A stretch of DNA of 64,000 nt from Bilabrum cf. latius (Eukaryota), in NCBI GenBank assembly GCA_965178125.1, contig OZ237760.1, forward strand, positions 744,001 to 808,000, written 5' to 3'. Positions 38,696 through 52,266 of the stretch are shown in pieces (the stretch's first letter is position 1; the number at the start of each line of letters is the position of its first letter). The translations under genes and the position numbers were made by a program. Below the pieces are notes generated by a model. The model had not been told where the DNA came from, searched no databases, and saw only the letters and a list, made by a program, of their open reading frames with translations.

Positions 38696-41600
38696 TCAAT
38701 CTACCCCTACTCCCACCCCTGCCATCTCCACCTGCTCCACCTCGGTGCTCCCGCTCCTCTCCCCGAGCAGGCGACTCCCCTTCGCTCTGCCTTGGCCGCC
38801 CCTCCGCTGCAGTGGGCCATCAGCAGCATCCCCATCCCCACCACCGACGCTGCCAGCGCCAGCAGCGCCCCTGCCCTTGCCGCCACCATTGATCCTCTTC
38901 CTGCCCTTGCCGCTGCTCCTTGCCCCTAGCCTCGATCCACCCGCCGGCTGCCCTTGTTCCCTCGCCTTAGACCCCGACTTGGACCCCGACCTGGACCCGG
39001 GGCTGGGCCGGATCAGATCCAGGAGACGAGTGCGGCTGCCGGCAGACACTGGGCCGGTGCCGCTCTGACCACCGGCAGTCGGTGTGGACGGGGTGGCGGG
39101 CTGTGTCGGAGCCGCGGGGGCCTGTGCGCTCGCCGTGCCAGGCGTGCCTGCCGTGGTGGGCTGTGGCCTGCCGCCCTGCAAATGCCCTCGCTCTTGCCCC
39201 GGTACTTGCCCTGGTCCTCCTCCCCTGCTTCGCCCACCTTTGCCTCCACCTCCACCTCCACCTCCGCCTCCCCGTAGCACGATGGGCGTGGAGGGGGAGG
39301 GCGATGTGGCCCCAGGGGAGGCCATGCCGTTCAGTCGGACACCCCCGGGGGATTTCCCCTGACCCCGCAGCGGGGATCCCCTTCTGGGGGCAGAGCCAGC
39401 CCCCCTGGCCCTGATCAAAGCCCGGTGAGTCGGTGGAGTGCCTGATCTTTGAGCCTATCGGGCATCCTCGCCCTCCGCCTCCTCCTCCTCTTCCTCCTAG
39501 TGGTACTCGCTTCCTTCCCCTTGCGGGGCGAGCTGCAGCTGCCGGCGAGCGCCAGACTCTGCCCTCCCCCTGCCCAGCGGTCTCGTGCTGCCGGCACTCG
39601 TCACACTATCACCAGCATGCCCCTGCCCTTGCCTCGTCCTCCCACCAGCCAGGCGACCGGCAGCCGACAGCCCACCAGCCGCGGCTGTCCTAGCCCTGTG
39701 CAGGCTGCGGCCCTGTGCATTCATCCTGTCGGTGCCCACAGTGGTCTGTGCCTTACCCCCAGTCCCTGTTCCTGTTCCTGTTCCCTGGCCCGACCGCAGC
39801 CTCGTCGCTGCGCGATGTGCCCCCGGAGAAGCGATGCTGCCAGCGGGTGAAAGAAACCGCCTGGCTGCCCCCGGAGTCACCCTGGGGCCGGCGCTGCGGG
39901 GCCCCGCGGTGCTTGCGGTTCGTGCCACGGAAGACCCCGGGGCGCGGGAACTGCCTGGCCTCTTGCTGCCGCTCCTGCTCCTGCTCCTGGCGCCTCTGGC
40001 GCTGCCCGGGCTTTCCTCCACTGCCAGCCGCGCCGGCGTGCGCTGGCCCTTCTCGAAGATCCTGAACCAGCCAGGGGTTACCGGGGAGAACCTCGCCTCC
40101 TGGCTGCCGAAGGGAACAACGGGCACGTCTGTGGGCGAGGAGGCCCGAGAACCCGGCCCGCCGCCATTGCCATTGCCATCGCCCCTGCCGCCTCTCCTGA
40201 CCCTCCTTCGCCTGCCGCTGCCAGCCGAGGACATGCCCATCGCCGTCTGTTTCATAGCCATCGCAACCTCATCCTCTTCCTCGTCTTCGTCCTCCTCTTC
40301 CTCATCGGCTGCTCGGCCACGCCTTCCCCCCCCCTCCATACAGTTGTCAGACCCGTCCCGCGCCCGATCCCTCCCCACGGTGCCTAGCCCGAGCCCGAGG
40401 GAGGGGGAAGTGGCAGGCCGGATCATGCGGTGCAGCCCCTTTCCCTGCCCCTGCCCCTGCCCCTATGCCTGGCTCACGGGTCTCTTGCTGCGGCGAGGCG
40501 AAGAGGGCGGCAGTCCCGCCTCCTGCCCCTGCTCCTGCTCGTCGCCTGACCCACCAGACTCCCCCGGCACCTCCTGCTCCTGGCCGACTGCCGAGGCCCC
40601 GGCCCGCGGGGGACCGTCCGTGTACGTCGCGACGTCCACGTCAACCCCCTGGCCGGCCGACTCGGAATTGGAATCGTCCACGTCCAGAGCATCCGCCGCC
40701 ACCACTGCGACATCCGTGCCATCGAGCACCCCCTCTTCTCTCCCTTGCTCCTCGTCCGCTGTCTCGATCTGTCTCGCCCGGTTGGCACCCTCATTGGCAG
40801 CAGTACTGACTGCTTCGTCCTCACCGGCAAGCTCTTGAACGCTTCCATAAGATCCACCCTCTGCCCCCACTTCCTTGTCAACTTCCTATTCCTATTCGTC
40901 CCCGCTGCTGCCGAGGGACAGCCCAGCCGAGGCGCTAGAGCCCGACATCGCATCGCCACCCCTCTGCTCCTGCTAGTCACCGTCCTCGTCGTTCTAGTCC
41001 TCTCGGCCTTCGCTGCTCACGCCCGGCTTCCCAGTGCGCCTGTCATCTTCATCTTCATTGCCGTACTCCACCACAGACCCCGCCGCCTCCACCTGACCCA
41101 AGCGCTGGCGTGCACTGTCACTCTCACCCCCACCGTATACCTCCACCACACGCCCCTCGCCGATGCCCGTATTGTCACTCGCGTCACTGACAGCCTCATT
41201 ACCGCACGGGCTGTTCCCTGGGACGCACCCCGCCACCGACAGCCTCAGCCGGCGCATCCCCTCGGTGCGGGGGCCGAGCCCGGGCGCGTGCTGCTGCAGG
41301 GCACGGTGTGACGAGTGACCACGCTCCGGGTCGTGTTCCTGCATGGCGGCCTCACCCCACTCACTGGACAGCGACCTACCCCGGCTGTGTCCGGGCCGGT
41401 GGCTGCTGCGAGAATGGCTCAGAATACCGCTGCTGCTTCTGCCGGCGCTCCGGTAGGACGGGCGCACGCTGCTGGTCCTGTAGCCCGCATGCCCACCACC
41501 GTCATCGTTCTGGCTCGCATCCGGGCTGACGTCGAACGCGCGGGCCCCAAGCACAGCTGCCGCAGGAGAGGGCGACACCGAGGTCAGAGTCCCTGCCCGG

Positions 41601-42230
41601 GAGGGGTTGCCCCGCGAGTGGCTTGGTGCATCGCTGCCAGTGGCATCGTCCAGGCCAGTGGGATGACCCCGACCGCGGCTGCCGCTGTCCGCCGCCCGCC
41701 CGTCTGCAGAAGGTCCTGATGCGGAATATCCGGACGGAGAAGTGTACGTGCTTGAGACCGTGCTTGGCGGCGACTGCACATCTGTGTCGCGAGCAGCTGC
41801 CCCAGTGGCGCTCGGTCCGAGCCCATGTGCTTGGTGGTGCGACGGATTACTCCCATGGTTTTGCGGAGACCAGTCGCAGTCGCTCTATACATTGTGTGCA
41901 ATATGTTGGCTCTGTGGCTGGACGTCTTTGTTAGGGCTGATAATTTGCCGCGGCCGTCTTTTCGTGCGACATGGCTCATCCACGAACGCTAGAGGCGCGT
42001 GTGAGTCTCGGCCCGCAGCAAGGTCAGGCGGGGCTCGGTTGTCAAACTCAGCTTTCTTATCTGCGTTATTTGAATGGCACACAACCAAGCGGATATAGGT
42101 CAGCAGGATGCTTGACAAGCAGGCAGCTGGCCCAATACCGATCCGCATGGCGCGGAGTCTCTGTGCACCACACTATCCGCCATAACTTACCACCATGACG
42201 GGCTGCTTCGACGGAAATTCCACAACCCAT
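38696..42230 (-). CDS. Large low-complexity, probably disordered protein with an N-terminal MGCGxS acylation motif
   Basis: Exon 42230-42191 MGCGISVEAARHG, intron 42190-42061. One frame through TAG at 41885, 40994, 40973, 40892, 40886, 40463, 39497 and 39455 to TGA 38696. Confidence 0.65.
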
Positions 42231-42409
42231 TGCAATGAGTTCAATCAGTAACAGATCAATATTCTGAGTGGAAAACAAGAGGTCGAGCTATCCAACGGGC
42301 CGGAAGTGCGCCAGTGTAAGGTAAGGTGTAATTTGGGTAGCGATTCGGAAAAATAAGATAATGCACACCTCGCTGGCTCCCAACCACAGGGAGCTCTGTA
42401 GCGCACCAC

Positions 42410-43563
42410 ATGCGCGCCAGGGTCGCGTGGGCCGGATTGATAGTAAGTTTTCGCACATAGACCTCTAGTTCATACGATAAATCGGGTCCAAGCACGCATT
42501 TTTGCTGTGGCGACTGCTTCATTCATCGCAGATTTTGCAAGCTAGTTGGGTGCTGTCGGCAGACGTCGCACTCCAGGGAAGCGAAGAATTGAATAGTATG
42601 CGAGTTCATGCAGCAGAGACCCTGCTCGAACGAGATAGCCAGCTCAACAGCGAGGAACGTCGAAGGGTGGCGCATTACATGGCTGCCGCCGCCCACATGC
42701 AAGACGAGGCTTCTTTGCGCCGAGGAGATAGCTCAATGTCAAGATAGCGCCGGCTTCAGGCTTTGCTAGAAACGGAAGAGGCTGAGGTGCCGGTCACGGG
42801 ACGGCCCCAGCGCGCGTGGGGAGGAGAGGGAGTATCGCTGGCGGCGCTGCGAGAGGGAGCCAGGCTAGCAGCAGAGAACGGAGCGAGAGCACATGCTGCG
42901 CTTCTGGCTAGGCAATCCAGCAATAGGCGACCAACCACTGCCGCAGCGCTGCTAAGTCTGGAGGCAGGGGCAGGTTCGAAGGCGGCACCAGCAGGCGGGG
43001 GCGGCAAGGGCGGGGGGGGCGGCAAGGGCGGGGGGGGCGGCAAGGGCGGGGGGGGCGGCAAGTCCAAGGGGGGAGGAGGCGGGGGAAAGGAGGCCATCAA
43101 GGGCCCCTGCGCCACGTGTGTGTTCATCACAGATCGGATCACAGCGGGGCAGACCAGGCTGCTCCCTCAGATCTGCCAGGCCATCGCCGACCTGGACCCC
43201 GCCGCCAGCAAGGACACGGCCGAGGCGGTTATGCACTGCAACAGGCTCATGGTCGCGATCGCGAGCGAGAAGGACAAAACGGTTGTGAACACTTTGTACG
43301 CGGCGCTCAACTACGGGTGCTTGGAGGAGAGGGAGTTTGGGGGCATCAAGCAGGTCACGATGCAGGCACCGTGCCCCTACGACGTCACGTGCTCGCTGCT
43401 GCACGTGCTGGACGGCGGGAAAGCCATGTGCAAGGCGCCGGAGAGGCCATTTGCCAATGAAATAGGGGTGGCTGAGGAGGGTGGCGGTGATCAGGGAGGA
43501 GGGGGGTCCAAGAATGGAGGTGGCGGCGGAAAGGGGGGAGGGTCCTAGGGCGGGAAGAAGTGA
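42410..43563 (+). CDS. Secreted Cys-rich protein with a saposin-like cysteine pattern and Gly/Lys linkers
   Basis: Signal peptide MRARVAWAGLI|ILQASWVLSA (intron 42443-42531), CATCVFI...ICQAI...CNRL...YGC...PCPYDVTCS. TAG at 42745 and 43546; TGA 43561-63. Confidence 0.6.
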
Positions 43564-43824
43564 CCTTCCGCCGGCGTGCGTGCAATGTTGTGCGATCAGA
43601 GAAGACTTCCCTAGCCTGCTGTGCATTTGCTTGTATTGGCCTGATCACTCACCGAATCGCAACGACCAAACCGCGGCCAGTAGTCCCACGGACAGACGAT
43701 CGCACTGCCAGTGCATGCCAGTGGGCCGGGCCCCGGGGTTCGCCCGCGGAGGAACGAACTCTCCAGAGCCAAACGGTTCCGGCTGGCGACGAAGCTCGCA
43801 ATCGGCAGCTTAGAAACGCAGGTC

Positions 43825-44924
43825 ATGGGAGATTCAGGAGCAGGATCTGGTCTTATCGATTACTTTGGATGCGCAGCATCGGCTGGAACCCCACTGTACG
43901 TGTTGGGGCGCTAGAGGATCGTGCATGCACTTTCGTTCATCTCGATCATATTCTTGATCGCGGCACTGGCAAGCCCGTCCTGGGTCGAAGGAGCTGTAAA
44001 CGCGCAGTGCAACCTGCCGTTTGGAGGCGAGGAAGCGGGGCGGGACGCCTTTTTCGGGACCCTGGCAGACCAGGGGGCTCCCGGTCGCGTAGGGATCACT
44101 GGAGACATCCAGCAGATCGACGTGGGGCTTGGAGTGGCACAGTACGCGAAATCGCAGATCTCTACGTTCAAGGGTAATAACACCACCCGCACTGTCGTGA
44201 GTCGACCTCGAGGCTGCCTCTCCGCCGGTGCGCATCTCGCAAACCCAGCTGCAGACTCTTTGCACTTCTCAGCCTCCCACCCCCTTTTCCGATCCACCCG
44301 TTCCGGTCTTCACAGGAAGGAATCTGCCTGTATGATATTGATGATGGAGTCTTCGAGCTGAACAGGGTTATCGATGCGCACAACGCAAACCCCTTTACAA
44401 AGACAAAATTCCCCGATTTCAGCAAGGATGATCTCGACGTTGGGGGTCAGCTTATCCTCGCTGCCCTGGTGCTCACCTTTATCATGGTAGCTGTGTCACC
44501 CATGCAGTGGATCGGCTGGCTGCCGTACCACTCCGCCTGGGCAGTGCGTGCCGTGCTCCCGCTGGTCGCTCTGCTCACCCTCGTGGCCCCCATCCTCATC
44601 GCGTCCGGGAAGACCCGCACCGCCCTCTGCGATGTCCTGTCGTTGGCAGGGGACGAGTGCACTCTCTACTGCCGCCACGGCGCCGCTTTCGCGTGCTCGA
44701 TCGTGGCGACGATCATCCTGATCGCGGCTGCGCTCTCCTCGTGGATCTTCATGCCCATCGGCTCCACGGACGTGGCCTACGACCAGCCGTCCTACGCCAC
44801 GATGGACAAGGACGCGGACGGGCTCGGGGAGACTTCCATGGCCACCTACAGCGACTCGGCAGCGGGCGTGGTGCCCAACAGGGGGAGCTATGGGACAGGC
44901 GGTGACGGAGACGACGCCGTCTGA
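43825..44924 (+). CDS. Multi-pass membrane protein with claudin/PMP22-like topology
   Basis: TM1 followed by ASPSW and GLG, intron 44197-44315, three further hydrophobic segments. TAG at 43912; TGA stop. Confidence 0.6.
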
Positions 44925-45385
44925 GGCGTGTGACGAGTGAGAGAGTTGCACGCAGCGCTGTGCCGTGGCCCCGATCCATGGAATTCGAGCTGCCGGAGTG
45001 GTTGCCGCGAGGGGATGCCACCTATTGGGACACTGAAGAAGAGGGGGGGAGGAGAGTGACTGGTTCTGATCTTGATCTTGATCTTGGGCTGGGCAAAAGT
45101 GCGGGCCCTGCTGTCGGTGGGGTAGTTGAGGGCTGCGCGCAGATTAGACAAGAGATAGAGAGAAGAAGAGGCAGACAGGAGTGTTCCTGCGATGGTTGCA
45201 TCAATGCGGCGAGAGAACGAAGGCGCGCGAAGGAGGAGTTTGGGCCACGGGGCTGCTTGGCTTTCAATGGCGTGGCACATGCACGATGATTGGTTTTGGT
45301 GTCGGTTGGAGAGCATGTTCAGTTTATGATTCTAGTCACAGCACGCATTACTATCGCACGCCGCGCGACCGCGCACTCAATGAAC

Positions 45386-48300
45386 TCAGAGGCCGTCCGG
45401 CATCGCATCTGCTGCCCCACCCCCTGGCTGTTCCCCACCCTGATCCCAGCCATCGCTCCCCCAGGCCACGACCCGCTTCTTCCCTTCTGATCCGACCCCG
45501 CCTTCAGCAGTTGCGCCATGCAGCACAGTGCCGTGCACCTGGGCACGCTATCCTTCTTCTTCCTCCTCTCCTTGTTCACGTTGGGCCAGCCCCGCGGCAC
45601 AGCCCAGCAGCACGCGAGCCGCCTCCTCAAGACCTCCACAGTGCGATGCACCCGCGATCCCCCCCAGCCTCCCGATCCTCTCCATGCACCGCTGCAGACC
45701 CTCTGCAACCGTGAGTCTCAGCTCGGCATTGCTTCTCTTTCTCCGACCCCCGCGCACCACGATGGACGCGTGCTCCCGCAGACACAGCCCCAGCGACACC
45801 GCAGCCGCCCGAATTGGGGCACCATGGTGACCCTCCCCTGCCCCATACGTTGCCGTGGCCTCCTCGATGCGGTGCAGCAGATCGTCCATCCTGCGGGAGA
45901 TGACGAGTGCAGCGCCATCGTCGATACGTCCACTACCAGCACTGTCTCCATCACACCCTCCGACGCCGTTCACAGGCGGCATCGCGTCGCCTACCACAGG
46001 TGGCATCGCGTCGCCTACCTCGGCTGTTGCCTCCGCAAGCGGGCTGTCTGCACCCTCCATGTACGGGAGACCACCGTCGGATTGATCCGATCCCTAGGAC
46101 TCGGAGTCGGAGTCGGATTCCGAGTCGGACAGCTCGATCACCCTGCCGCCCCCAGCAGCACCGGCACCACCTCTACCTCGATCATCTCCGCCGCCGCCGC
46201 TGCTGCTGCTGTCACTGTCAGAGCCGTGCAGTTCCACCGGCATTGCTGCTTCAGTTGCATCTGGTCCTCGTCTAGCTGCACGACCTGGAACCCCCGCGCC
46301 AGCAGCACCCCCTTCCCTTTCCCCCTCCCCCTCCTCCTCACTGGATCCCGGCACCACTCGACCCAACACCCCCCTTGCAGCGCGACGAGCAGCACGATCC
46401 GGCAGCCTCCGCCTCCTGCCCCCACCTGCTCGCCCCTCCGGACCCATCCCAGCCCCTGGATCCGCCGCGCCTGAGCCTCCAGGCGCATAATCACCATCGT
46501 GCAGTGCACCCGTCTCGCTACCTGTTGATTCGCCGTAGTCAGCCTCCTCCTCTTCCTCCTCCTCATGCCCCGCCTCTCCCGCCTCAATGTCCACGAAAAC
46601 AGGTGTCTTGGCCCCCCTCTTCCTTGCTGTGCCCCTTCCGTTACGTCGGCTCCTCGCACCTCCACCTGCCGATCCACGGCCCCAGTGCCTCTCAGGGGTG
46701 GCCGCGACACCCTCCCCGCCTCCACCGCCCCCGCTCTCATTCGTGTCGCTCGCTCGCAGCACGTCGTCGTGCGCAGTCACGTCCACGATACATCCGGACC
46801 ACCTCTGCCCCACCCAAGACAGCCCGGGGCTGGCAGCTGCCGCTCGTGCTCCCATCGAGGCGCTCCCTCGGCTCCCTCGCGCCTCTGCACCCGCGACTAT
46901 ACGCCTGCCCCTTTCCACTGCCCCCTACACCCGACTCACGTGCCTGGCGAGCACCTCGGTGGGGACTTGCACCTCGGGCACGGTGTGCTGGATCCGTGCA
47001 GCCGTCTCGGACCTGTCTGTGGCAGAGAGCTCGAACACTTTTCTCAGGTCCTCACGACTCAGCAGTCGCAAGGGCTGGCCCAGCGCAGCCATGCCGCCAC
47101 CACCACCGCTGCTGCTGATCTTGCGGCCCGACGCAATGCCATGGCTGTCCTCCTCATCCTCGTCCTCCTCTTCCTCGCTGCCGTCTCCGCCCACTCCATC
47201 GCCCCCCACGCCACCGATTGCCTCCCCTGCCCCGCTATCGGCCCCCAGCACTGCCCCCGCCAGCCCTGCCTTGAACACCTGCGCGCCGTACTGCCGCTCC
47301 TCCGCTGTCCCGCACGTCACCAGCCGGTACACCACCACGTCCCTAGTCTGACCGATCCTGAAGCACCGATCGGCCGCCTGCGCGTCCACGGCGGGGTTCC
47401 ACGCCGGGTCCAGCAGCACCACCCTGCTTGCACCCGTGAGCGTCAGCCCGTGCGCCGCCACCCCGGTGGTGAGCAGGCACGCCTCGAGGCTCTCGTCCTG
47501 GTTGAAACGGTCCACGTGCGCCTGACGCTCGCGGCCCGGCACCGACCCGTCGATCCTGCTGTGCTTGCAGCCCGCCGCGTGCAGCACCGCAGAGGCCAGG
47601 TCCAGGAGCCGGATGGAGCGGCTGAAGACAAGCAGTCTGGACTCTGCCCTCCACGCCCCTTGGGCGTCCTGTGAGGTGCCCGCTTGTTCCCTGGGCGCGG
47701 AGGTACCTGCTGCTCCGTTTCGTTTCGCGCCCCGCTTGCTGGCCTTCTGCTTTCGCCTGGCCTTTCGCTAACTCTTGCTCCTGCTTCGTGCCGTGCTCTT
47801 GTCATGCGCGGCCTAAGCTGCCGAGGGTATTCCCAGAGCGGCCTGCCATGCCAGCACAGCCCGACTGGAGGCCGACAGTGCCTCTGGGCCCCTTATTCCC
47901 CTAGCCTGTCCGTCCTCGCTGCTTCCATCTGAGCTCGTCGTCGAGGTCGAGGACGACTAGGTGGAATTCCCGCTGCTCTTGGCACCGGCCTCGGCCTCGC
48001 CAAGTTCGTGCCCCGACGCATGCCCCGAGGCACTCCCGTCGCTCCCACCGTCTCCGCCCAAACCTGACCCAGACCCAGACCACGGCCCGCCCCTGTGTTC
48101 CCTCCTCTTGCTCCTGCCGAGCTCCCTCCTCCGAGCGGTTCTCCTCTCCGCCCTGCACAGCGCAAGGACGTCTAGGAGGGCGCCCATCTTGCTGGAGGCG
48201 CGCACCACCTGGCACACGTCCAGTCGCAATGGGGACAAATCCGCCGCACTGCCATCCGCTCCGGCACGAGCGAACGAAGCGCTCGCATCCCGCAGCACAC

Positions 48301-50842
48301 CAGTTCCAAGCCCAGCCCACCCGCGTAGCCTCGCCGCCTCCTCCTCGTCCGCCACGCCCTTCTGCAGACGATCGGTCTATGCACCAGCCAGCAGCGGGTG
48401 CGCGGGTCCTATAGGCTGCCGCGCATGGTGGCCAACAACGTCGCCCCCGCCAGCACCAAAGCTGCCGAGAGCTTCCATCCCGCCGGCGCCCCCCGCCCCA
48501 TCGCTGGAGCTCTCGCTGGTGCTGGACAGTACCGGCACGCCTGCCCTGGTGGGTTGGCGCGAAGGCACCGGCAAGGCAGCAGCACTGTTCCCTCGACCCG
48601 GAGTGGAAACAGGCGAGCGACTCGAAGGTGTGACGAGTGCGGCAGGCACCCTCGGTAGGATGTTTCGGATGGCCACCCCTGCCCTGCCCCTCGAGTCCAG
48701 CAGCAGGGGATGGTCGCACAGCCGAAGGAGGGCGGAGAGGACCACCAGCGCGTCGTGCTGGCCACCTCTGTTCTTCCTTGCATCACCTTTGCCCTGAACT
48801 CTAGTAGCACCATCCGTCCTGCCGCGCCAGCCCTCCCCGTCCTCTTCTTCGTCCTCTTCCTCCTCCTCGGGCACCAGCGCTGCTCTCGCCTCTGGGCTGC
48901 TGAGGAACGCGCGGTACAGCGCCAGCTGCACGCTGGAGGGACGGCACCAGAGAACAAGCTCCTTCTTGTGCGGCTGCGGAAGAGCCGGGGGAATAACGCT
49001 TCCTGACCTCCCCGCGGAACCGTCTCCAGACACCCCGGAACCACCGCTCGCAGCTGCGCTCGCGCCCTCCTTCTCGCCCTCCAGAGCAGCGGACCCCGGC
49101 CCCGCCACCCTCACGTCGCTCATTCCCCCGGGCCCTTTCTCCCTCCGCAGCATGTGCGGGGCAAGCACCGCCCTCAGCGCCTGGGAAGCCCTCGCCCCCC
49201 TCGCTCTCTGGGTGTCACTGGCCCGCGCGTCCCTCGCCCTCTCGAGGGGCCCCGCCACACGATCCAGGAACCACTTGCGGGGGCCCAGCAGCTCGCCCGG
49301 GCAGGCCAGGTCCACCAGGGCCCAGAGCTCGTCGGTGCGATTCTGCAGAGGGGTGCCCGTGAGGAGGAGCCGCCTGCGGGCGGGGAGTGCCCTGAGCGCC
49401 TTAGCTGTCTTGGTGGAGGGGTTCTTGGCAGCGTGAGCCTCGTCACAGATGACCCAGTCGAATCCCATGCTCGGCGTCAGGGGTGGGGTCCTCCCGACCG
49501 GGGAACGACCTGGTCTTCTTCTTTCTTTCCTCTTCGCGCCCTGAGATTGCGACGTGTCGCTGTCGCCATGTGAGTCGTTTTCCGATTCCGATCCCGAATC
49601 CGACCCGCTCTTGTCGTCGCTGGAGTCACCATCAGACTCGGATCCACTGGACGAATTGGGCGAGGAGGAAGAGGCGCAGGTAGACGATGACGACGAATCA
49701 GACCCAACAGCTGCTAGCGCTGCTGAGGCCCGTCTTCCACGCTTCCCTTCTCCTTTCCTATTCCCGCTTGAACCCCTGTCTCCTCCTGCCCGTGCCCCGC
49801 TACGAACCACAGCAATACCACCGCCGCTGCTGCCCCCACCCCAGCGCTGCTCAAACCCATCGTGACCCGGCACCAGCCCCCTCTTCCACTCCTTGCGCTC
49901 CCCCACTGGCGGCCCCGTGAGGAACCGATCCGCCATTTCACGGAGCTCCTCGATCCTCGTGCTCACAGTCCCGTAGGTGGTCACCAGCACGCCGCCCTTG
50001 CTTGCCACCTGCCGGAGCGCCTTGCGCGCCGCCCCCGCTGCCCCGTGGTAGATGGCCACCCGCACCCCGGGCGCCCACTGCCTGATCTCCTTCGCCCAAT
50101 TGTCCACAAGGGACAGCGGGGCCACCACCACGCAGGCCCGGGCCCGCCTAGACCGGAACAAGCCCCCGAGGAAGGCGGCCACCTGCACGGTCTTGCCCAG
50201 GCCCATCTCGTCGGCCAGGATGCCGCCAGCCCCGCCGGGCAGTGGCACGTGGAAGGGCAGCACGGGGGCGGGGGCGGGGGCGGTTATGCCTGCTCCTGAG
50301 GCATCCCCGCCGCTGCCTTCCTCGCTACCACGGTCTGGGTCGCCATCACTGCCGGCTTCATCGCGCGCTGTTCGAGCTCCAAGGGATCTGTGCTCGCCTC
50401 TGGCTCGGAGCAAGTGCCTGGCCTCTGCGAGCATCGCACGGAGCCATCGATTGCAGGGACAGCCTGTGGGCTGCGCCAGGTGCAAGCGCCAGAGCCAAGC
50501 GATGCCGTCACGCTGGAACGGGTGCAGTTTTCCAAATATACCGGCTGAAACTTCCAATCCTCCGGGCAGCGCGAAGCTGTCCGCCGGGGCGCCCGAGTCT
50601 GCAGATGACTCAGAGCAATCGGAGTCTTCGTATACGATCTTCTCCCATCGGAATGAACCGCGTGCCATCGCAACCATCGACATCAACCTCTGCGCAGCCG
50701 GCGAGGATCTCGTGGATAGCTGCAGCTCTAGCCGCTTGAGTGCATCATCAAACTTATTGCCAGTGCCTTGCGATGATGCGCTCTTTGATGCAAGCAAGGA
50801 AGCTATTTTCCCGGCGCCAACTGAGGGCAGTCGGACCTGCAT
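45386..50842 (-). CDS. SNF2-family helicase, ERCC6/ERCC6L(PICH)-like
   Basis: LHPFQRDGIAWLW, GGILADEMGLGKTVQ, DEAH, LLTGTPLQN, SSKMGAL, LLVFSRSIRLLD, RIDGSV, DPAWNPAVDAQAADRCFRIGQTRDVVVYRL. TAG at 48377, 47957, 47813, 47768, 46925, 46094 and 45548; TGA 45386. Start uncertain. Confidence 0.88.
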
Positions 50843-50958
50843 TTGCCCCAAACTGACGGCAGAAGTGCAACTGCAGCAACGGGTCGGACTTGGCGAATGT
50901 TCCTAAGGAACCTACGAAGTGGATGCGGGGTTTCCGTCATTTCGCAAGCACTGAAGTT

Positions 50959-51842
50959 ATGATGGGTACACTTGCCGCACTCGCAGCAGTTGTGGTTGGT
51001 GCTAGTGCCCTCCCCCCGCCAGTCTGGCCGAGCACGTGGCAGGCCTCGTTCAACGAGACTAGCACGATCATCTTCAGGTAAGAACGGCCGCTGAATTGCA
51101 CGATCCACGATATTTTTCGGCACGACTTTGCCTCGACTGTTTAATCTTCTAATCGATTCTCGCAGTGCCAACAACACTGGATATTTTTGGTGAGCGTGTG
51201 CTCTGGGCCTTGGCAGCCTGGTGTGACGTAGCCAGGGCTCATCCCATCCATCAGCGTTCCGAGCACGACCGCTTCCTTCGAAAAGTCCACTGTTCTACGC
51301 GCAGGTATGATGCTGCAAACACGAGGAGCAGAACCGACCGCAACGACGGTTCCCACGACCGTTACTGCGCTCCCGAGAAGCCGTTCCAGTCGACCGCATG
51401 CACGCACCTGGTGCTGGGCAAGGACCGCTGGCTCGTGTTCCCCCAGGAGAACGACTGCTGCTGGTGCTGCGACGCGAGCCACGGCTGCGGAATCCTCACG
51501 CCCGACTGGCTGCAGCGCTCGAACGCGTCCTACGTGGGCCACCTGGATTCCTACCGCGGGTACCCCGCCGAGGAGTGGAACGCGCAGGGCCTGCAGAGCA
51601 ACCTCTACTATCAGGTGGCCGCGGGGTCTCCCCACGCGGGCGCGCCCATCGCGATCAACCAGGAGCCGGACGACGTGCAGTACTTCGACCCCTCCACCTT
51701 CAGCACGGGCTCCATCCCCGACTCTGTGTTCGCGCTGCCCAGCACGTGCAGCATGGACAAGAAGTGCGGGGGTGTGTGCGCCGTTGTGGGCGGTAGGCAG
51801 CCTGAGGAGGGCAAGGAGGCTGGGTCGCTGAGGGGGGCATGA
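50959..51842 (+). CDS. Secreted Cys-containing protein, possibly ependymin-related
   Basis: Signal peptide, PPVWPSTWQASFNE, exons 50959-51077, 51166-51189 (24-nt microexon) and 51305-51842, CCWCC motif, IPDSVFALPSTC; TGA stop. Confidence 0.6.
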
Positions 51843-52266
51843 GATGAACGGTGGGTACCATGGTAATGAGCCACTGGCAGGGGGAGCTTGAAGCGTTGTG
51901 CCAGCCACTCGTGCTAGTCGCATGGGGGATCCTACCCGCAGGCGCGCGGCATTTTTGTGGGATTTGAGGGGGCTGTGCTGAATGCCGAGTTGCAGGCGAA
52001 TTCGATAGCTCTCTATGCGTGTGACCACCACTTTAGGAGATCAATTTAGTAGTGCTGTGCCATGACCCTCCCACCCCCCCCCCCCCCCCTCCCGCCGCCG
52101 GCGACTCGACGGACAGAACCGGAACGCCTCGCCGGCCCTCCCGGGCTTGCACTGATAGCTTCTTAGAACTAGTACTCCGCACGCAGCGACCGATTTCAGA
52201 AGATTTTTCGTATAAGTTGTAGATCTTGTTCACTACCCCATATTTTGGCAGCGTCAAAGGCACACC

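Noticed and set aside
44978-45289. Small ORF MEFELPEWLPRG... between the membrane-protein and helicase genes
   Set aside because: No recognisable motif or other support. It may be UTR or intergenic.
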